Shown one piece after another: positions 36,681 to 47,080 of a stretch of DNA of 64,000 bases. The notes under the pieces are model-generated. The model did no database searches and was not told the origin of the DNA. It saw nothing but the letters and a program-made list of their open reading frames with translations. Source of the stretch: an uncultured candidate division Zixibacteria bacterium. Lineage in GTDB: Bacteria > Zixibacteria > MSB-5A5 > RBG-16-43-9. The DNA lies in NCBI GenBank assembly GCA_963713865.1, contig OY970208.1, positions 1,792,001 to 1,856,000 on the forward strand, written 5' to 3'. Each line of letters starts with the position of its first letter. Position 1 is the first letter of the stretch. Position numbers and translations under genes: made by a program.

Positions 36681-37493
36681 ATGGAACAAGAAACCTCTAA
36701 AGACAGTTTAAAATATCATCTTCTAAGGCTTTTAGCTGTAAAGATCAACAACTCAGTTCCCCTTAAAGAAATAATTCAGGAAGGAATAGATAAAACCCTG
36801 GAAATAATGGGACTGGAAGCTGGTTCAGTTGCTATATGGGATGAGGATACAAAAGAATTAATCTGTGAAGCTATTTCCGGTAAACCTGATAAAGCTGATT
36901 TCCTTTCAGCCATGGAAAAAAGTGTCATTCAAACGATGAGAAAGGATTTTAAAATCGAGTCTATATATCTGACCCTGCAAAAAGATGGGTTATATAGCCT
37001 TTTCTCCTATCCGATTAAAGCAGATGGCAGATTATTAGGGGCAATAACTGGACTGAGCTCAGGAAATAGAAATCTGATTTTAGAGGAGGAGTTTTTAGAA
37101 GCTTTAGGGAGTCAGTTAGGATTAGGAGTTTCTAAATCTGAAGGGTATCTTACTAAGGTTGAGAAGAGAAAGATAGAAGAGGAAAAAGAACAAGCTTTAA
37201 AATCTGAAATGCTTTCTGCCATAACTCTCACTTCTGGAACTGTAAATCATGAGATTAATAACCCTTTAACCGCGATTTTAGGAAATGCACAACTGCTTTT
37301 AGCTCGTAAAGAATATCTTGATCAGGAGACAGTGGAAAAGCTAAAGAAGATTGAAGAAAATGCTCTGAAGATAGAAGAGGTCACTCACAATCTTCTCAGA
37401 ATAATTGAGCCGGTGATTGTGGAATATGCACCGGGAGTAAAGATTATAGACCTAGCAGGTTCCAAAAAGAGAGAATTTTCCTCTGAATCTTAA
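36681..37493 (+). CDS. GAF + HisKA phosphoacceptor protein lacking HATPase
   Basis: GAF-like N-terminus; VNHEINNPLTAILGNAQL; ends with no N/G1/F/G2 boxes. Confidence 0.8.
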   Translation: MEQETSKDSLKYHLLRLLAVKINNSVPLKEIIQEGIDKTLEIMGLEAGSVAIWDEDTKELICEAISGKPDKADFLSAMEKSVIQTMRKDFKIESIYLTLQKDGLYSLFSYPIKADGRLLGAITGLSSGNRNLILEEEFLEALGSQLGLGVSKSEGYLTKVEKRKIEEEKEQALKSEMLSAITLTSGTVNHEINNPLTAILGNAQLLLARKEYLDQETVEKLKKIEENALKIEEVTHNLLRIIEPVIVEYAPGVKIIDLAGSKKREFSSES

Positions 37494-37543
37494 TAGTAGA
37501 GACACATTGCAAAGCGTCTCTGCTATTAATTCTAAAATAAAAC

Positions 37544-37571
37544 AAAAAAAGGCGAATAATCTCGCCTTTTT
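37544..37571. terminator. bidirectional terminator between convergent genes
   Basis: AAAAAAAGGCGA-ataatc-TCGCCTTTTT. Confidence 0.7.
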
Positions 37572-37590
37572 ATTGTTTCTTATTCTTGGC

Positions 37591-37815
37591 TTATCCTACT
37601 TCAACCTTTTTCTCTTCAGCTCTGAGAGGTTCAGTTAATATGGTTTTTGCCTTCAAACTATCCATTCTTTCCTTTTTTAAGCGGATTAATACTCCTAAGG
37701 AGATTAACATAAACATAAGGGAATTGACCTGTCTGAAGATCTCTCCATAATTAAAAATGCTGTCTAAAAACGCTAACACTCCCAGGAAAAAAAGCATAGT
37801 TGACCAAAATAGCAT
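37591..37815 (-). CDS. small two-TM hypothetical protein
   Basis: GGAGG RBS, two hydrophobic segments, upstream sigma28-like promoter. Confidence 0.7.
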   Translation of the reverse strand: MLFWSTMLFFLGVLAFLDSIFNYGEIFRQVNSLMFMLISLGVLIRLKKERMDSLKAKTILTEPLRAEEKKVEVG

Positions 37816-37875
37816 AAATCTACCTCCACGAAAAGGGTTAATCTATTTCATCATCTTTTTCTATTTACTTATTCT

Positions 37876-37902
37876 TAATCGGCAATTTATGAACAAACCT
37901 TA
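37876..37902 (-). promoter_or_regulatory. sigma28 (FliA/WhiG)-type promoter
   Basis: Minus strand TAAG-15-GCCGATTA. Confidence 0.55.
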
Positions 37903-38177
37903 GAGTTAATCTTTAAAAATTTAAGAATTTCTGCGCATAAGTGTCTTGTTAAATAAGATTTATATTTTTGGTTGTAGAGTCTAATACAAAAGAGGGAACT
38001 TTAGAGTGCAAACCTTTAGGTTTGACCAAAATTGTTTAATTGGTTTATAAAGAATTTAAGGTAAAGCTAAAGCTTTACAATCCAATGTTTATTTCCAGAA
38101 GTTTTACTTTTTCAGAGAATAATAAATAAATTCTTGACAGTCGTGGTAAGATAGAATAAATTAATACCCTTATTGTT

Positions 38178-39581
38178 ATGATAGAAAATTTGTTACATGA
38201 GAATTGTGGTGTCTTTGCTATTTACCGTGCAAAGAAAGCCGCAGAGCTGACTTACTTAGGGCTTTATGCTCTTCAGCACAGAGGGCAGGAGGCATCCGGG
38301 ATAGTCTCCTCTGACGGCAGTAAGCTCTTCCAGTTAAAGGGGATGGGACAGGTGAACGAAGTCTTTGCTAGTAAAGAAGTTTTAGGTGACTTAAAAGGGG
38401 AGGTAGCTATCGGACATAATCGATATTCCACCACCGGCTCTTCTACTGTAGCCAATATCCAGCCTCTCCAGATTACTTATAAAGGGGATAAGCTCTTAGC
38501 AGTAGGACATAACGGAAATCTGACCAACTCCACGGGCTTGAGAAAAAAATTAGAGAAAGGAGGTTCGATCTTTCAAACCACTACCGATAGCGAGATAATT
38601 TTACACCTGATTGCGCGCTCTAAAAAAGAAAAGATCGAGGATAGCTTATCGGATGCTCTTTCTCAGGTGAGCGGCGCATACAGTTTAGTGTTTATAACGT
38701 CGGATTCTATATTAGCTGCCAGGGATCCATACGGATGGAGACCTTTGGCTTTAGGGAGGCTCAGAGATGCCTGGGTGGTTGCTTCTGAGACCTGTGCCTT
38801 CGATATTATTGGAGCAAAATATGTAAGGGACATAAAGCCGGGCGAAATTATTTTGATAAATAATAAAGGTTTAAAATCTTTTTCACCTTTTAAAAAAGTC
38901 AAGCATGCTTTCTGTATTTTTGAATTTATATATTTTGCACGGCCTGACAGTATGATCTTCGGTGAAAATGTGGACAAGGTCAGAAGAAGGTTGGGTCATC
39001 AACTCGCTAAAGAACGGCCGGCAGATGCGGATATAGTGATTGCGGTTCCGGATTCAAGTAATACCCATACCCTGGGCTATTCTGAACAATCCGGAATAAA
39101 ATTTGAAGTTGGTTTAATCCGAAATCATTATATTGGCAGAACTTTTATCCATCCGGAGCAAAAGATCAGGGATCTGGATGCGAGGATTAAATATAATCCG
39201 GTTAAAGGGGTATTAAAGGATAAGAAGATAATAATAGTGGACGATTCGATCGTGCGCGGGACTACCAGTAGAAAATTAGTCGGGATGTTAAGAAATGCCG
39301 GAGCTAAAGAGGTTCACTTCAGGGTAAGTTCCCCTCCCATCATCAGCCCCTGTTTTTACGGGATAGATATGCCCACCAAAAAGGAGTTGATCGCCTCTTC
39401 AAAATCGGTCGAGGAGATCAGAAGATATTTAGGCGTGGATTCCTTAGGTTATCTCTCGATCGAAGGGATGCTATCGATGCCCTCACTACCCAGGGAAGAT
39501 TTCTGCGTAGCCTGCTTCTCTGGCAAATATCCTTCTAAAATCGAGAACAATATTGGAAAGTTCGCCCTGGAATTGAAATAA
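38178..39581 (+). CDS. purF: amidophosphoribosyltransferase
   Basis: ENCGVF, LQHRGQE, GHNRYST, HNGNLTN, VDDSIVRGTT, CFYGIDMP; promoter TTGACA-17-TAAATT at 38134-38162. Confidence 0.97.
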   Translation: MIENLLHENCGVFAIYRAKKAAELTYLGLYALQHRGQEASGIVSSDGSKLFQLKGMGQVNEVFASKEVLGDLKGEVAIGHNRYSTTGSSTVANIQPLQITYKGDKLLAVGHNGNLTNSTGLRKKLEKGGSIFQTTTDSEIILHLIARSKKEKIEDSLSDALSQVSGAYSLVFITSDSILAARDPYGWRPLALGRLRDAWVVASETCAFDIIGAKYVRDIKPGEIILINNKGLKSFSPFKKVKHAFCIFEFIYFARPDSMIFGENVDKVRRRLGHQLAKERPADADIVIAVPDSSNTHTLGYSEQSGIKFEVGLIRNHYIGRTFIHPEQKIRDLDARIKYNPVKGVLKDKKIIIVDDSIVRGTTSRKLVGMLRNAGAKEVHFRVSSPPIISPCFYGIDMPTKKELIASSKSVEEIRRYLGVDSLGYLSIEGMLSMPSLPREDFCVACFSGKYPSKIENNIGKFALELK

Positions 39582-39633
39582 AAATCTCGACCCTTTTATC
39601 AAGGATCGAGATTTAAAAAAGATTAAAAATCCA

Positions 39634-41595
39634 CTAATAATTGTTCGGATACTTATAGCAGATCAGTGGCTTGGGTCCTCCTTTAAAAAGATAATTAATT
39701 AACCATACCACATCTCCTATAAAGGGTCTCCCATCACAATTCGCATCTGCCATATCTCTAACCGGCATAGGCGCTGGACCACCTTGCATTAGATAAGCTA
39801 TTAGATAATTCACATCTGATATATTAATAGATTTATCATTATTTACATCACCTCGACTGATAGCTAAAAGCGCCCTGAAAGCATTTAAACGACCGTAGCC
39901 ATAATTTTCACCTTTCCAAACAGTATCATCATTTATTCCACCAAAGATATAACTGGAATCTTCAGCTGATTTACAAACTATATTCATTACCTGAGTTCCA
40001 TAAAGGGTATCTTGTGGATAAAGAAGTTTGTATTGTGACAATATCAGTGCACATGATGCAGCCACTTGTGGAGCAGCTGCAGAAGTGCCACCGAATGCAC
40101 CATAATAGTTAATGTTAGCGGGAGTTGGAGGATAAACGTATGTGGGATTATAACCTCTCTCCCCTATAAGGTCGGTGGTATAAATGTTACCATTACCTAT
40201 CCCTCGATTACCGCTTGGAGCTACCAAATCTAACTCTAGCCCTGGACTGCTATACCAGGCAACATTATCAAGGCTATCTGTAGCTCCTACTGCGAGTACC
40301 GTGGGAAGATTGGCTGGGAATTCTACACATCCCTGACCGTATTTATTTCTGTTGTTTCCTGCTGAGAATACCACTACCCTGCCTGTTGGATTATTCCAAC
40401 TTGGTTGAACAAATTCATTAATTGCATCAGCAATAATATCACTATAATAATAACAGGGAAAAGCCCAGCTACAACTGGCTATATTTGCTCTATATGAAGC
40501 AGCCCAATAAAACGCATCCGCAATTATAGTTTCGTCTCCTGACAATTGGCAACACTGATTATAACCCTGATAAAAGCAGGGAGACTGAGAATCATCCTCG
40601 CCAAATTTTATGACTACAAGCTTACATTCGGGTGCTAAGCCAGCTACTCCGATAACACTATGAGCTCCTGCAATCAAGCCAGCACAAGCCTGTTCGTGAG
40701 CACAACTATCACCAGGACTGGCGTCCCAATCTGTCTGCGGGTTATATACGTCCTCACCTACAAGGTCTATTCCGCCTGCAAAAAGGTCAGGAGGAAAATC
40801 CTCATGGGTTTCCACACCCTGCCCTATAACAGCAATTTTTACAGAGGAGTCCCCCATACTTACATCCCAGGCTAAAGGTGCGTCAATATCCGCATCAAAT
40901 CTTCCACCAGTTTGCCCCAGATTATGATAGTTCCATTGATAGACGAAGAAGGAGTCACTCGGCAGGCTGTGCAATCTCAGTTCTGCGAAAAAATTCGGAT
41001 GGGCATATATAGTTCTCGAGTCCTGATAATATTGATTAGAAGTTACAAGAACATCTTTATTAATGAAGCCGGTGAGTTTAAGAACATAAACATTGCACAG
41101 CCCAAGTATTGACTTATCAACGACCACTCCATAGTGAGAGTTAAGAGAGTCTATCTCAGCACGAGTGGCTTCCGGATAAAATTTAACCACAAATTCATCC
41201 GTTGCAATTAGCTCAAAGGAATCTGGGGTCAGATAAACTGGATTTGCAAGCACAATTTCTGCCTTTGCTCTAAGTCTTAAAATCAAGGTTTCAATATTGT
41301 TCTCTGGAAGAACATTAAGGATGTGAAACTTATTTAGTATGAGTTCCGGTGATATTGTGGGATCTAAGGAGCTATCAGTGGTAACGAAGTTTTCAATCTC
41401 CTGCTGAGTTAAAGTAGGTATGAATTTCACAGCCACTTTCTTGGGTGAAAGAAACAATGCCCTCTGTTCTCCCCCTCCGTAATAGTAATAGTTAACCTGT
41501 GCAAGAGCAAATGAACTCGTAAAAATGATTGGTAAAATTATAAGAAAACCTCTAAACCAGCTTGTTATTTTGGATAGGCATTGAAAGAATGACAT
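39634..41595 (-). CDS. secreted S8 subtilase with prodomain and C-terminal dockerin; atypical Asp motif
   Basis: VVVFSAGN, DLVAP, GTSAAAPQVA, YGYGRLNA; IAVIGQG and HEQACAG deviate from consensus. Confidence 0.85.
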   Translation of the reverse strand: MSFFQCLSKITSWFRGFLIILPIIFTSSFALAQVNYYYYGGGEQRALFLSPKKVAVKFIPTLTQQEIENFVTTDSSLDPTISPELILNKFHILNVLPENNIETLILRLRAKAEIVLANPVYLTPDSFELIATDEFVVKFYPEATRAEIDSLNSHYGVVVDKSILGLCNVYVLKLTGFINKDVLVTSNQYYQDSRTIYAHPNFFAELRLHSLPSDSFFVYQWNYHNLGQTGGRFDADIDAPLAWDVSMGDSSVKIAVIGQGVETHEDFPPDLFAGGIDLVGEDVYNPQTDWDASPGDSCAHEQACAGLIAGAHSVIGVAGLAPECKLVVIKFGEDDSQSPCFYQGYNQCCQLSGDETIIADAFYWAASYRANIASCSWAFPCYYYSDIIADAINEFVQPSWNNPTGRVVVFSAGNNRNKYGQGCVEFPANLPTVLAVGATDSLDNVAWYSSPGLELDLVAPSGNRGIGNGNIYTTDLIGERGYNPTYVYPPTPANINYYGAFGGTSAAAPQVAASCALILSQYKLLYPQDTLYGTQVMNIVCKSAEDSSYIFGGINDDTVWKGENYGYGRLNAFRALLAISRGDVNNDKSINISDVNYLIAYLMQGGPAPMPVRDMADANCDGRPFIGDVVWLINYLFKGGPKPLICYKYPNNY

Positions 41596-41643
41596 ATTGC
41601 ACCTCCTTGTGTGAATAAGGTTTGAAATATTACTCCCTAACTA

Positions 41644-42738
41644 TTAAAGAGCAATGTAATGCAGGGACATATTTCTTGGGCTGGGCCAGATTATAGCATT
41701 AACCGCTTCATTTTTAATTAAATCCAAAATTATAATCTTGTCTCCACAAGTGCTAACATACCCTTTTTTGCCATCCGGGGTTATAGCCATCCAGATGGTG
41801 GGAAGTGGCTGGTGATAGACTGTATCCCAGAAAGCCTCAGTCGAGATATTAGGCAAAAGGGTGTTGGTCTCAGTATCAAACAGCACGATTTCCCCTGAAG
41901 GAGGTAGCCCTATTGATATACAACCACCCCCTTCACCAGGGTCGGTAACGTAAACATATTTGCCATCTGGTCTCATCGCCATATTCCCGCCCGCATGTAT
42001 AGGAAAAATGGCAATCAGACTATCTTTTTCTATGTCAAATATCCCCAAAAGAGTTTGAGTGTAGCCGGTTAAAAAATAGACCTTCTTGGAATCAGGGGAA
42101 AGAACAAAAGTACCTGTGCCTATCTTCCTGCCATCTGGATAGTGAAGATAGATAGTCTTCTCCCACTTCATCCTTATATAATTAAAGGCCCTTATACTGG
42201 GGCCCTCGGCAGCTCCATAGAGAAGCGGTGCTTTTTTATCAAACCACACAGGTGAAAAATCGATGGTTTCCGCATAAACTAATTTATGTGTGTGGGCATC
42301 GAAAATATGGAACTCATATAAGGGAGATTGCCCAAATGATTTAAAAAGATACCTGCCATTCGGTGAGACTATAAAGCTGGTATTTGGTCCGATATATTTG
42401 AATCTCTTGGTTCGCGTATCGATCTCACAGTTAATTACTTTAGTCGTGTGAGTTACAGTATCCCACTCAAGTAGCCTTGCGTAGAGGGTCCCCTTATCCG
42501 GAGAAACTGAGAAGATAAACGGAGAGGCATTAAGGCTTATGGAATCAACTACTAAATCTGTCTCAGTTGAAATTACGTAGATATTATAATAAGGATATCC
42601 ACTGGTATTTCCTGCATATAGATATATAGGTTTGGGTTGATATCTGGTTGGGTTTTTAGTGCAGTTGTAGTGTATAAATAAAATAAAGAAAACAACGCTG
42701 ATTAATAGGACAAATCCTATTTTGATTTTACCTTTCAT
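41644..42738 (-). CDS. YncE/YVTN-like beta-propeller lipoprotein
   Basis: Signal ending in Cys; SPDKG, SPNGR, SPDSKK, RPDGKYVYV, TPDGKKGYV blades. Confidence 0.75.
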   Translation of the reverse strand: MKGKIKIGFVLLISVVFFILFIHYNCTKNPTRYQPKPIYLYAGNTSGYPYYNIYVISTETDLVVDSISLNASPFIFSVSPDKGTLYARLLEWDTVTHTTKVINCEIDTRTKRFKYIGPNTSFIVSPNGRYLFKSFGQSPLYEFHIFDAHTHKLVYAETIDFSPVWFDKKAPLLYGAAEGPSIRAFNYIRMKWEKTIYLHYPDGRKIGTGTFVLSPDSKKVYFLTGYTQTLLGIFDIEKDSLIAIFPIHAGGNMAMRPDGKYVYVTDPGEGGGCISIGLPPSGEIVLFDTETNTLLPNISTEAFWDTVYHQPLPTIWMAITPDGKKGYVSTCGDKIIILDLIKNEAVNAIIWPSPRNMSLHYIAL

Positions 42739-42906
42739 TTTGACCCCTTTAATTAGTAGATTTTTTTTACTCCCGCCCTAAGGGATATTCTTATCTCAAA
42801 TCAACTCAAATCTGAGTATAAAATAGATTACTTTAATAACTTTGTCAATTACTTTTTTGAGAAAAATTATAACTTATTTTATATCCCTATCTCTTACTTC
42901 CTGAAA

Positions 42907-42933
42907 TGAAGATAAGTCCTGTTCTGCCGATAA
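42907..42933 (+). promoter_or_regulatory. sigma28-type promoter
   Basis: TGAA-15-GCCGATAA upstream of the sigma54 activator gene. Confidence 0.5.
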
Positions 42934-43015
42934 AATTAAAGCAGATTATAAATACAGGCTAAAGGCAAAAGGCTATAGTCTATTTAATAATTCCAGTAAG
43001 ATATTTGAGGGTAGT

Positions 43016-44377
43016 ATGGAAAAGGCTAAAATAATGGTTATAGATGATGAAGAGAGCATGTGCCGGTTTATGCAGATAATGCTGCAGAAAGAAGGATATG
43101 AGGTAACCTCTACCGTAAGCAGCAAAGAAGCTTTAGAGGAGATAAAAAATAAAAACTATGATTTAGTGATCGCAGATCTGATGATGCCGGAGATGAACGG
43201 TTTGGAGCTTTTATCCCGGGCTAAATCTATTTCTCCGGATATAAACTTCATCGTTATGACCGCTTATGCCTCGGTTGATACTGCTATCGAAGCTCTTAAA
43301 AAAGGTGCCTTTGACTATATCACCAAACCGTTTAAAGTAGATGAGATAAAAATCGCTATAAAGAAATCATTAGAACAGAAAAAAATAACAGAGGAGAATA
43401 TAAATCTTAAACGGCAGTTGAAAAAAGAGTTCGGCTTGCATAATCTAATCGGTAATTCTCCAGAGATTATTCAGTTGAAGAAATTAGTGGAGAGGGTTGC
43501 GGAAACTGATAGCACTGTTCTGATCCAGGGGGAAAGCGGGACCGGGAAAGAATTAGTCGCTAAAGCCATCCATCAGCTAAGCCATAGAGTAGATCAACCC
43601 TTTATCACCATTAACTGTGCAGCTCTGCCGGAAAGTCTTCTGGAAAGCGAGCTTTTCGGGCATATAAAGGGGTCTTTCACCGGAGCAGTAAGGGATAAAG
43701 AAGGGCTTTTCCAGGTGGCTGATCAGGGAACTTTTTTCATGGATGAGATCGGGGTAACCTCATCAACTATTCAGGTGAAACTTTTGAGAGTATTAGAGGA
43801 AAAACAGTTCACTCCAGTGGGAAGCACCAAACCAGTGGATGTGGATGTAAGGCTTATTGCCGCCACGAATACAAATTTAGAAGAGGAAGTAAAATTAGGG
43901 AATTTCAGATCTGACCTTTATTACCGACTTAATGTAATTCCTATACATATCCCACCTCTAAGGGAGAGAAAAGGGGATACTGAAATCTTAATAAGATATT
44001 TTATTAAAAAATATTGTGATAAACTGGGGGTTTTAGAGAAGGAGATTTCTTCTGAAGCTATAAGTAGTTTGGTCAGCTATCCCTGGCCTGGAAATGTCAG
44101 GGAATTAGAGAATACCCTGGAGAGAGCAGTTCTCTTGACATCAGGTGAAATTATAGATCTGAATTCCCTTACCCAAAATATCGTAGAGAATAAACCCTTA
44201 GGGTTTATTCGGCCAACTCAACCTGAGATCCCAGCTTTGGAATCAATAGAGAAAGCATATATCTTCTGGGTATTGAATCAAACTGGCTGGCAGAAAACCA
44301 AAACCGCCCAGATACTGGGGATAGATGCTTCTACCCTCTACCGCAAAATAGAAAGATATAATCTCAAAGAGAAATGA
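43016..44377 (+). CDS. sigma54-dependent response regulator (NtrC/PilR-like)
   Basis: REC; GESGTGKE; ESELFGH; GSFTGA; WPGNVRELEN; Fis-type HTH. Confidence 0.93.
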   Translation: MEKAKIMVIDDEESMCRFMQIMLQKEGYEVTSTVSSKEALEEIKNKNYDLVIADLMMPEMNGLELLSRAKSISPDINFIVMTAYASVDTAIEALKKGAFDYITKPFKVDEIKIAIKKSLEQKKITEENINLKRQLKKEFGLHNLIGNSPEIIQLKKLVERVAETDSTVLIQGESGTGKELVAKAIHQLSHRVDQPFITINCAALPESLLESELFGHIKGSFTGAVRDKEGLFQVADQGTFFMDEIGVTSSTIQVKLLRVLEEKQFTPVGSTKPVDVDVRLIAATNTNLEEEVKLGNFRSDLYYRLNVIPIHIPPLRERKGDTEILIRYFIKKYCDKLGVLEKEISSEAISSLVSYPWPGNVRELENTLERAVLLTSGEIIDLNSLTQNIVENKPLGFIRPTQPEIPALESIEKAYIFWVLNQTGWQKTKTAQILGIDASTLYRKIERYNLKEK

Positions 44378-46308
44378 AGAATCCTTCCAAATCCTGTGAA
44401 TACAAATATGGACATAAGTCCTGGTTTTTAGCAGTACTTTTTTTCACGACTTTCCTGTGGGTATACTGGAGAACTTCCTGTCCAACCATATTCTGGTGGG
44501 ATAGTGCAGAATTTGTAGCCGCCATTGCTACTCTGGGCATACCACATCCTCCGAGCTTTCCTTTATATGTTTTACTGGGTAAAGCTTTCTCGTTTTTACC
44601 TGTTTTCTCTTTATCTTTAAAACTGAATTTACTTTCCGGTATATTCTCTGCGCTTAGCCTGGCGATTTTCTTCCTGCTTTTTCTAAAGGTTACCCGGATA
44701 TTCCTTTACGAATTAGCTAAAAATGAAAAATTACTTATTTTCTCTTCTACGCTTTTGCTTTTAGTGGCGGGATTGAACTATGCCTTCTGGATTCAAGGAG
44801 TCAGGGCAGAGGTCTATTCTTTAAACGGTTTACTCTTTATCCTCTTGTTCTTTTGTGGAGTAAACTACTTGGATGGATCTAATTTTGATCAAGTTCCAGA
44901 CGGGATCGATCTGGAGAAAATTAGAACTTGCCAGAAAAATCTCCGCTGGCTATATCTATTCTTTTTTGTTTTTGGATTAGGGATGGGAAATCACAACGTT
45001 ACTTTGTTATCTATATTTCCAGCTTTCATTTATCTTTTTATCTTTAATGATTTTCATAATTTCCTTAAGCTGAAAAATTTGGGCATCTCCTTTATATTTT
45101 TTATCTTAGGCTGCAGCATCTATCTTTATCTACCTTTAAGGGCAATTAACTCACCAGCTTTGAACTGGGGGAATCCTTCTAATCTGGGAAAGACCATAAC
45201 TGCGGTCCTGGCATTAAAATCTGTTAAACAGATAGGATTTGCCCTGAATTATACCCTGTGGGAAAGGACTAAAGATGCCTGGGGGATGATCTACTCGCAA
45301 TTAACTTTTTTACCTTTTTTCTTAAGCTTAATCGGGTCGCTTTGTTTGATAAGGAAAAATTTCAAGTTATTTATTTTCTTTCTTCTCTTGATTATCGGGA
45401 ACTCGTTAACCATTATAGTTCTTCCCTCAGAGTTTATCTCCACCAGCACAGATTTTCAGGGGTATATACTTCCTACCATCTTATCTTTTGCTTTTCTTTT
45501 TGGGTTGGGAGTTTTATTTATACTGAAGAAAATAAATGAATGGGTGAGAAATACAGAGTTTAGCCCGGGTTTTAGAAAAAGTCTGGTAATTGTGTTCTCC
45601 TCTTTCTTTCTTTCAATTTCTTTTTTGCCATATTTGACATTTAACCGACTGGCTGATTTATCTAAAAATGATCTGGCTTATAAATATGGAAAAGGAGTTC
45701 TATCTCAGGCAAAGAAGAGTGCAGTTTTGTTTATCGACAATCCCAATCTCTATTTTATACTTTGTGCTCTCAAATATGGGGAGGGGTATAGAAATGATGT
45801 TGCGGTTTTAGACCGGGGCTTGTTAAAAGCGAAATGGAACTGTCAACAGGAGAGAAGTAATTATCCTGAAAATTTTTCGGGTATCAATTCTGATTTAACC
45901 GGTGAAGACCTGTTCCTGGCTTTAATGAGTAAAGGATTGCGCCAGAATTTACCACTATATCTGGAATTTACCGAGGGGGACTCAGACTTGATTGATTTTC
46001 TCTCTCCTGCTGGTTTCCTTTTTAAGATAGAGAAGAAAATTACGACTAAATTTCCAGATGAAATTTTATACAAGCAGATGGAATTTGAAGAGAAGTATTT
46101 TACCCAAAAAGAGGAGAGGGCTTTTCTATATGATTATGATGCTCAGAGGATGTTCGTATTTATAACTTATCGCTGGGGACTTTACTATGAAAAAAAGGGA
46201 ATGTTAAAAGAAGCTTTAAAGAATTTTTCTATGGCTGGAGAACAGGATCCTTTTAATCTTGAACTTCAATGGAGGATTGAAACCTTAAAGAATAAAATTC
46301 AATCCTGA
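44374..46308 (+). CDS. DUF2723/TMEM260-like polytopic GT-C glycosyltransferase candidate
   Basis: WDSAEF...LGIPHPPSFPLY, AEVYSL, YLYLPLRA...NWGNP; many TM helices; TPR-like end. Confidence 0.8.
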   Translation: MKNPSKSCEYKYGHKSWFLAVLFFTTFLWVYWRTSCPTIFWWDSAEFVAAIATLGIPHPPSFPLYVLLGKAFSFLPVFSLSLKLNLLSGIFSALSLAIFFLLFLKVTRIFLYELAKNEKLLIFSSTLLLLVAGLNYAFWIQGVRAEVYSLNGLLFILLFFCGVNYLDGSNFDQVPDGIDLEKIRTCQKNLRWLYLFFFVFGLGMGNHNVTLLSIFPAFIYLFIFNDFHNFLKLKNLGISFIFFILGCSIYLYLPLRAINSPALNWGNPSNLGKTITAVLALKSVKQIGFALNYTLWERTKDAWGMIYSQLTFLPFFLSLIGSLCLIRKNFKLFIFFLLLIIGNSLTIIVLPSEFISTSTDFQGYILPTILSFAFLFGLGVLFILKKINEWVRNTEFSPGFRKSLVIVFSSFFLSISFLPYLTFNRLADLSKNDLAYKYGKGVLSQAKKSAVLFIDNPNLYFILCALKYGEGYRNDVAVLDRGLLKAKWNCQQERSNYPENFSGINSDLTGEDLFLALMSKGLRQNLPLYLEFTEGDSDLIDFLSPAGFLFKIEKKITTKFPDEILYKQMEFEEKYFTQKEERAFLYDYDAQRMFVFITYRWGLYYEKKGMLKEALKNFSMAGEQDPFNLELQWRIETLKNKIQS

Positions 46309-46473
46309 GAACGGTTCAAGGGATTGGTAAAAATCTGAACAGAGATAAAGTCTCGCATTTCGCAAGTAAATAAGCGAAACGCCTTCTTTTTTAGAATGAA
46401 AAAGAGAAAGTTCATTTAATAGATACTAACCAAGTACATTGTCTTAAAGAAGTTATAAATTAGAGCTTTTGTA

Positions 46474-46489
46474 TGGCATATTATTTGCG
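46474..46489 (+). promoter_or_regulatory. sigma54 -24/-12 promoter of the pilin genes
   Basis: TGGCATATTATTTGCG, GG-N10-GC. Confidence 0.7.
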
Positions 46490-46567
46490 ATAAATTCAGT
46501 TAAAATTGGAATCACCAACACCCAAAAAACCAATAACCTTAAAAGAAAGGAGAGGGGGTGAAAAAAG

Positions 46568-46996
46568 ATGCTGAGTAAAATGAAAAAAGGGCAGAAGGGT
46601 TTCACCCTGATCGAGTTAATGATCGTAGTGGTCATCATCGGTATATTGGCAGCTTTAGCTATACCGAGATTTATGAAGGCAACTACCAAGTCCAAACAGT
46701 CTGAGGCAAAGACGATTTTGAAGCAGATATATACCATGCAGCATGCTTACCGACAGGAGTATGATGCTTACTGCTGTAACGGAGCTTCAGCCGCAGCGGA
46801 TGCTTCTATCCCGGTACTGGGAATTGATATTATGCATTCTGCCAGATATACTTATACCATAACTTCGGCGACTGCATCTGCTTTTCTTGCTACTGCTACT
46901 GCTACTGTGAACCTGGATGACGATGCTACTGTGGATACCTGGACAATTAATGATGCTGGTACGCTTATCAATACCATCAATGATGCTCAACTCTAA
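46568..46996 (+). CDS. type IV pilin (PilA-like)
   Basis: Class III signal [24 protein letters not shown]. Confidence 0.92.
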   Translation: MLSKMKKGQKGFTLIELMIVVVIIGILAALAIPRFMKATTKSKQSEAKTILKQIYTMQHAYRQEYDAYCCNGASAAADASIPVLGIDIMHSARYTYTITSATASAFLATATATVNLDDDATVDTWTINDAGTLINTINDAQL

Positions 46997-47080
46997 TTAA
47001 TAAGGGGCAGGAGAATAGGTTAGCCCAGTCCGCCTCAGGCGGGCTGGGCTAACTACGACAAGACTCAAAAGAGAATAAAA

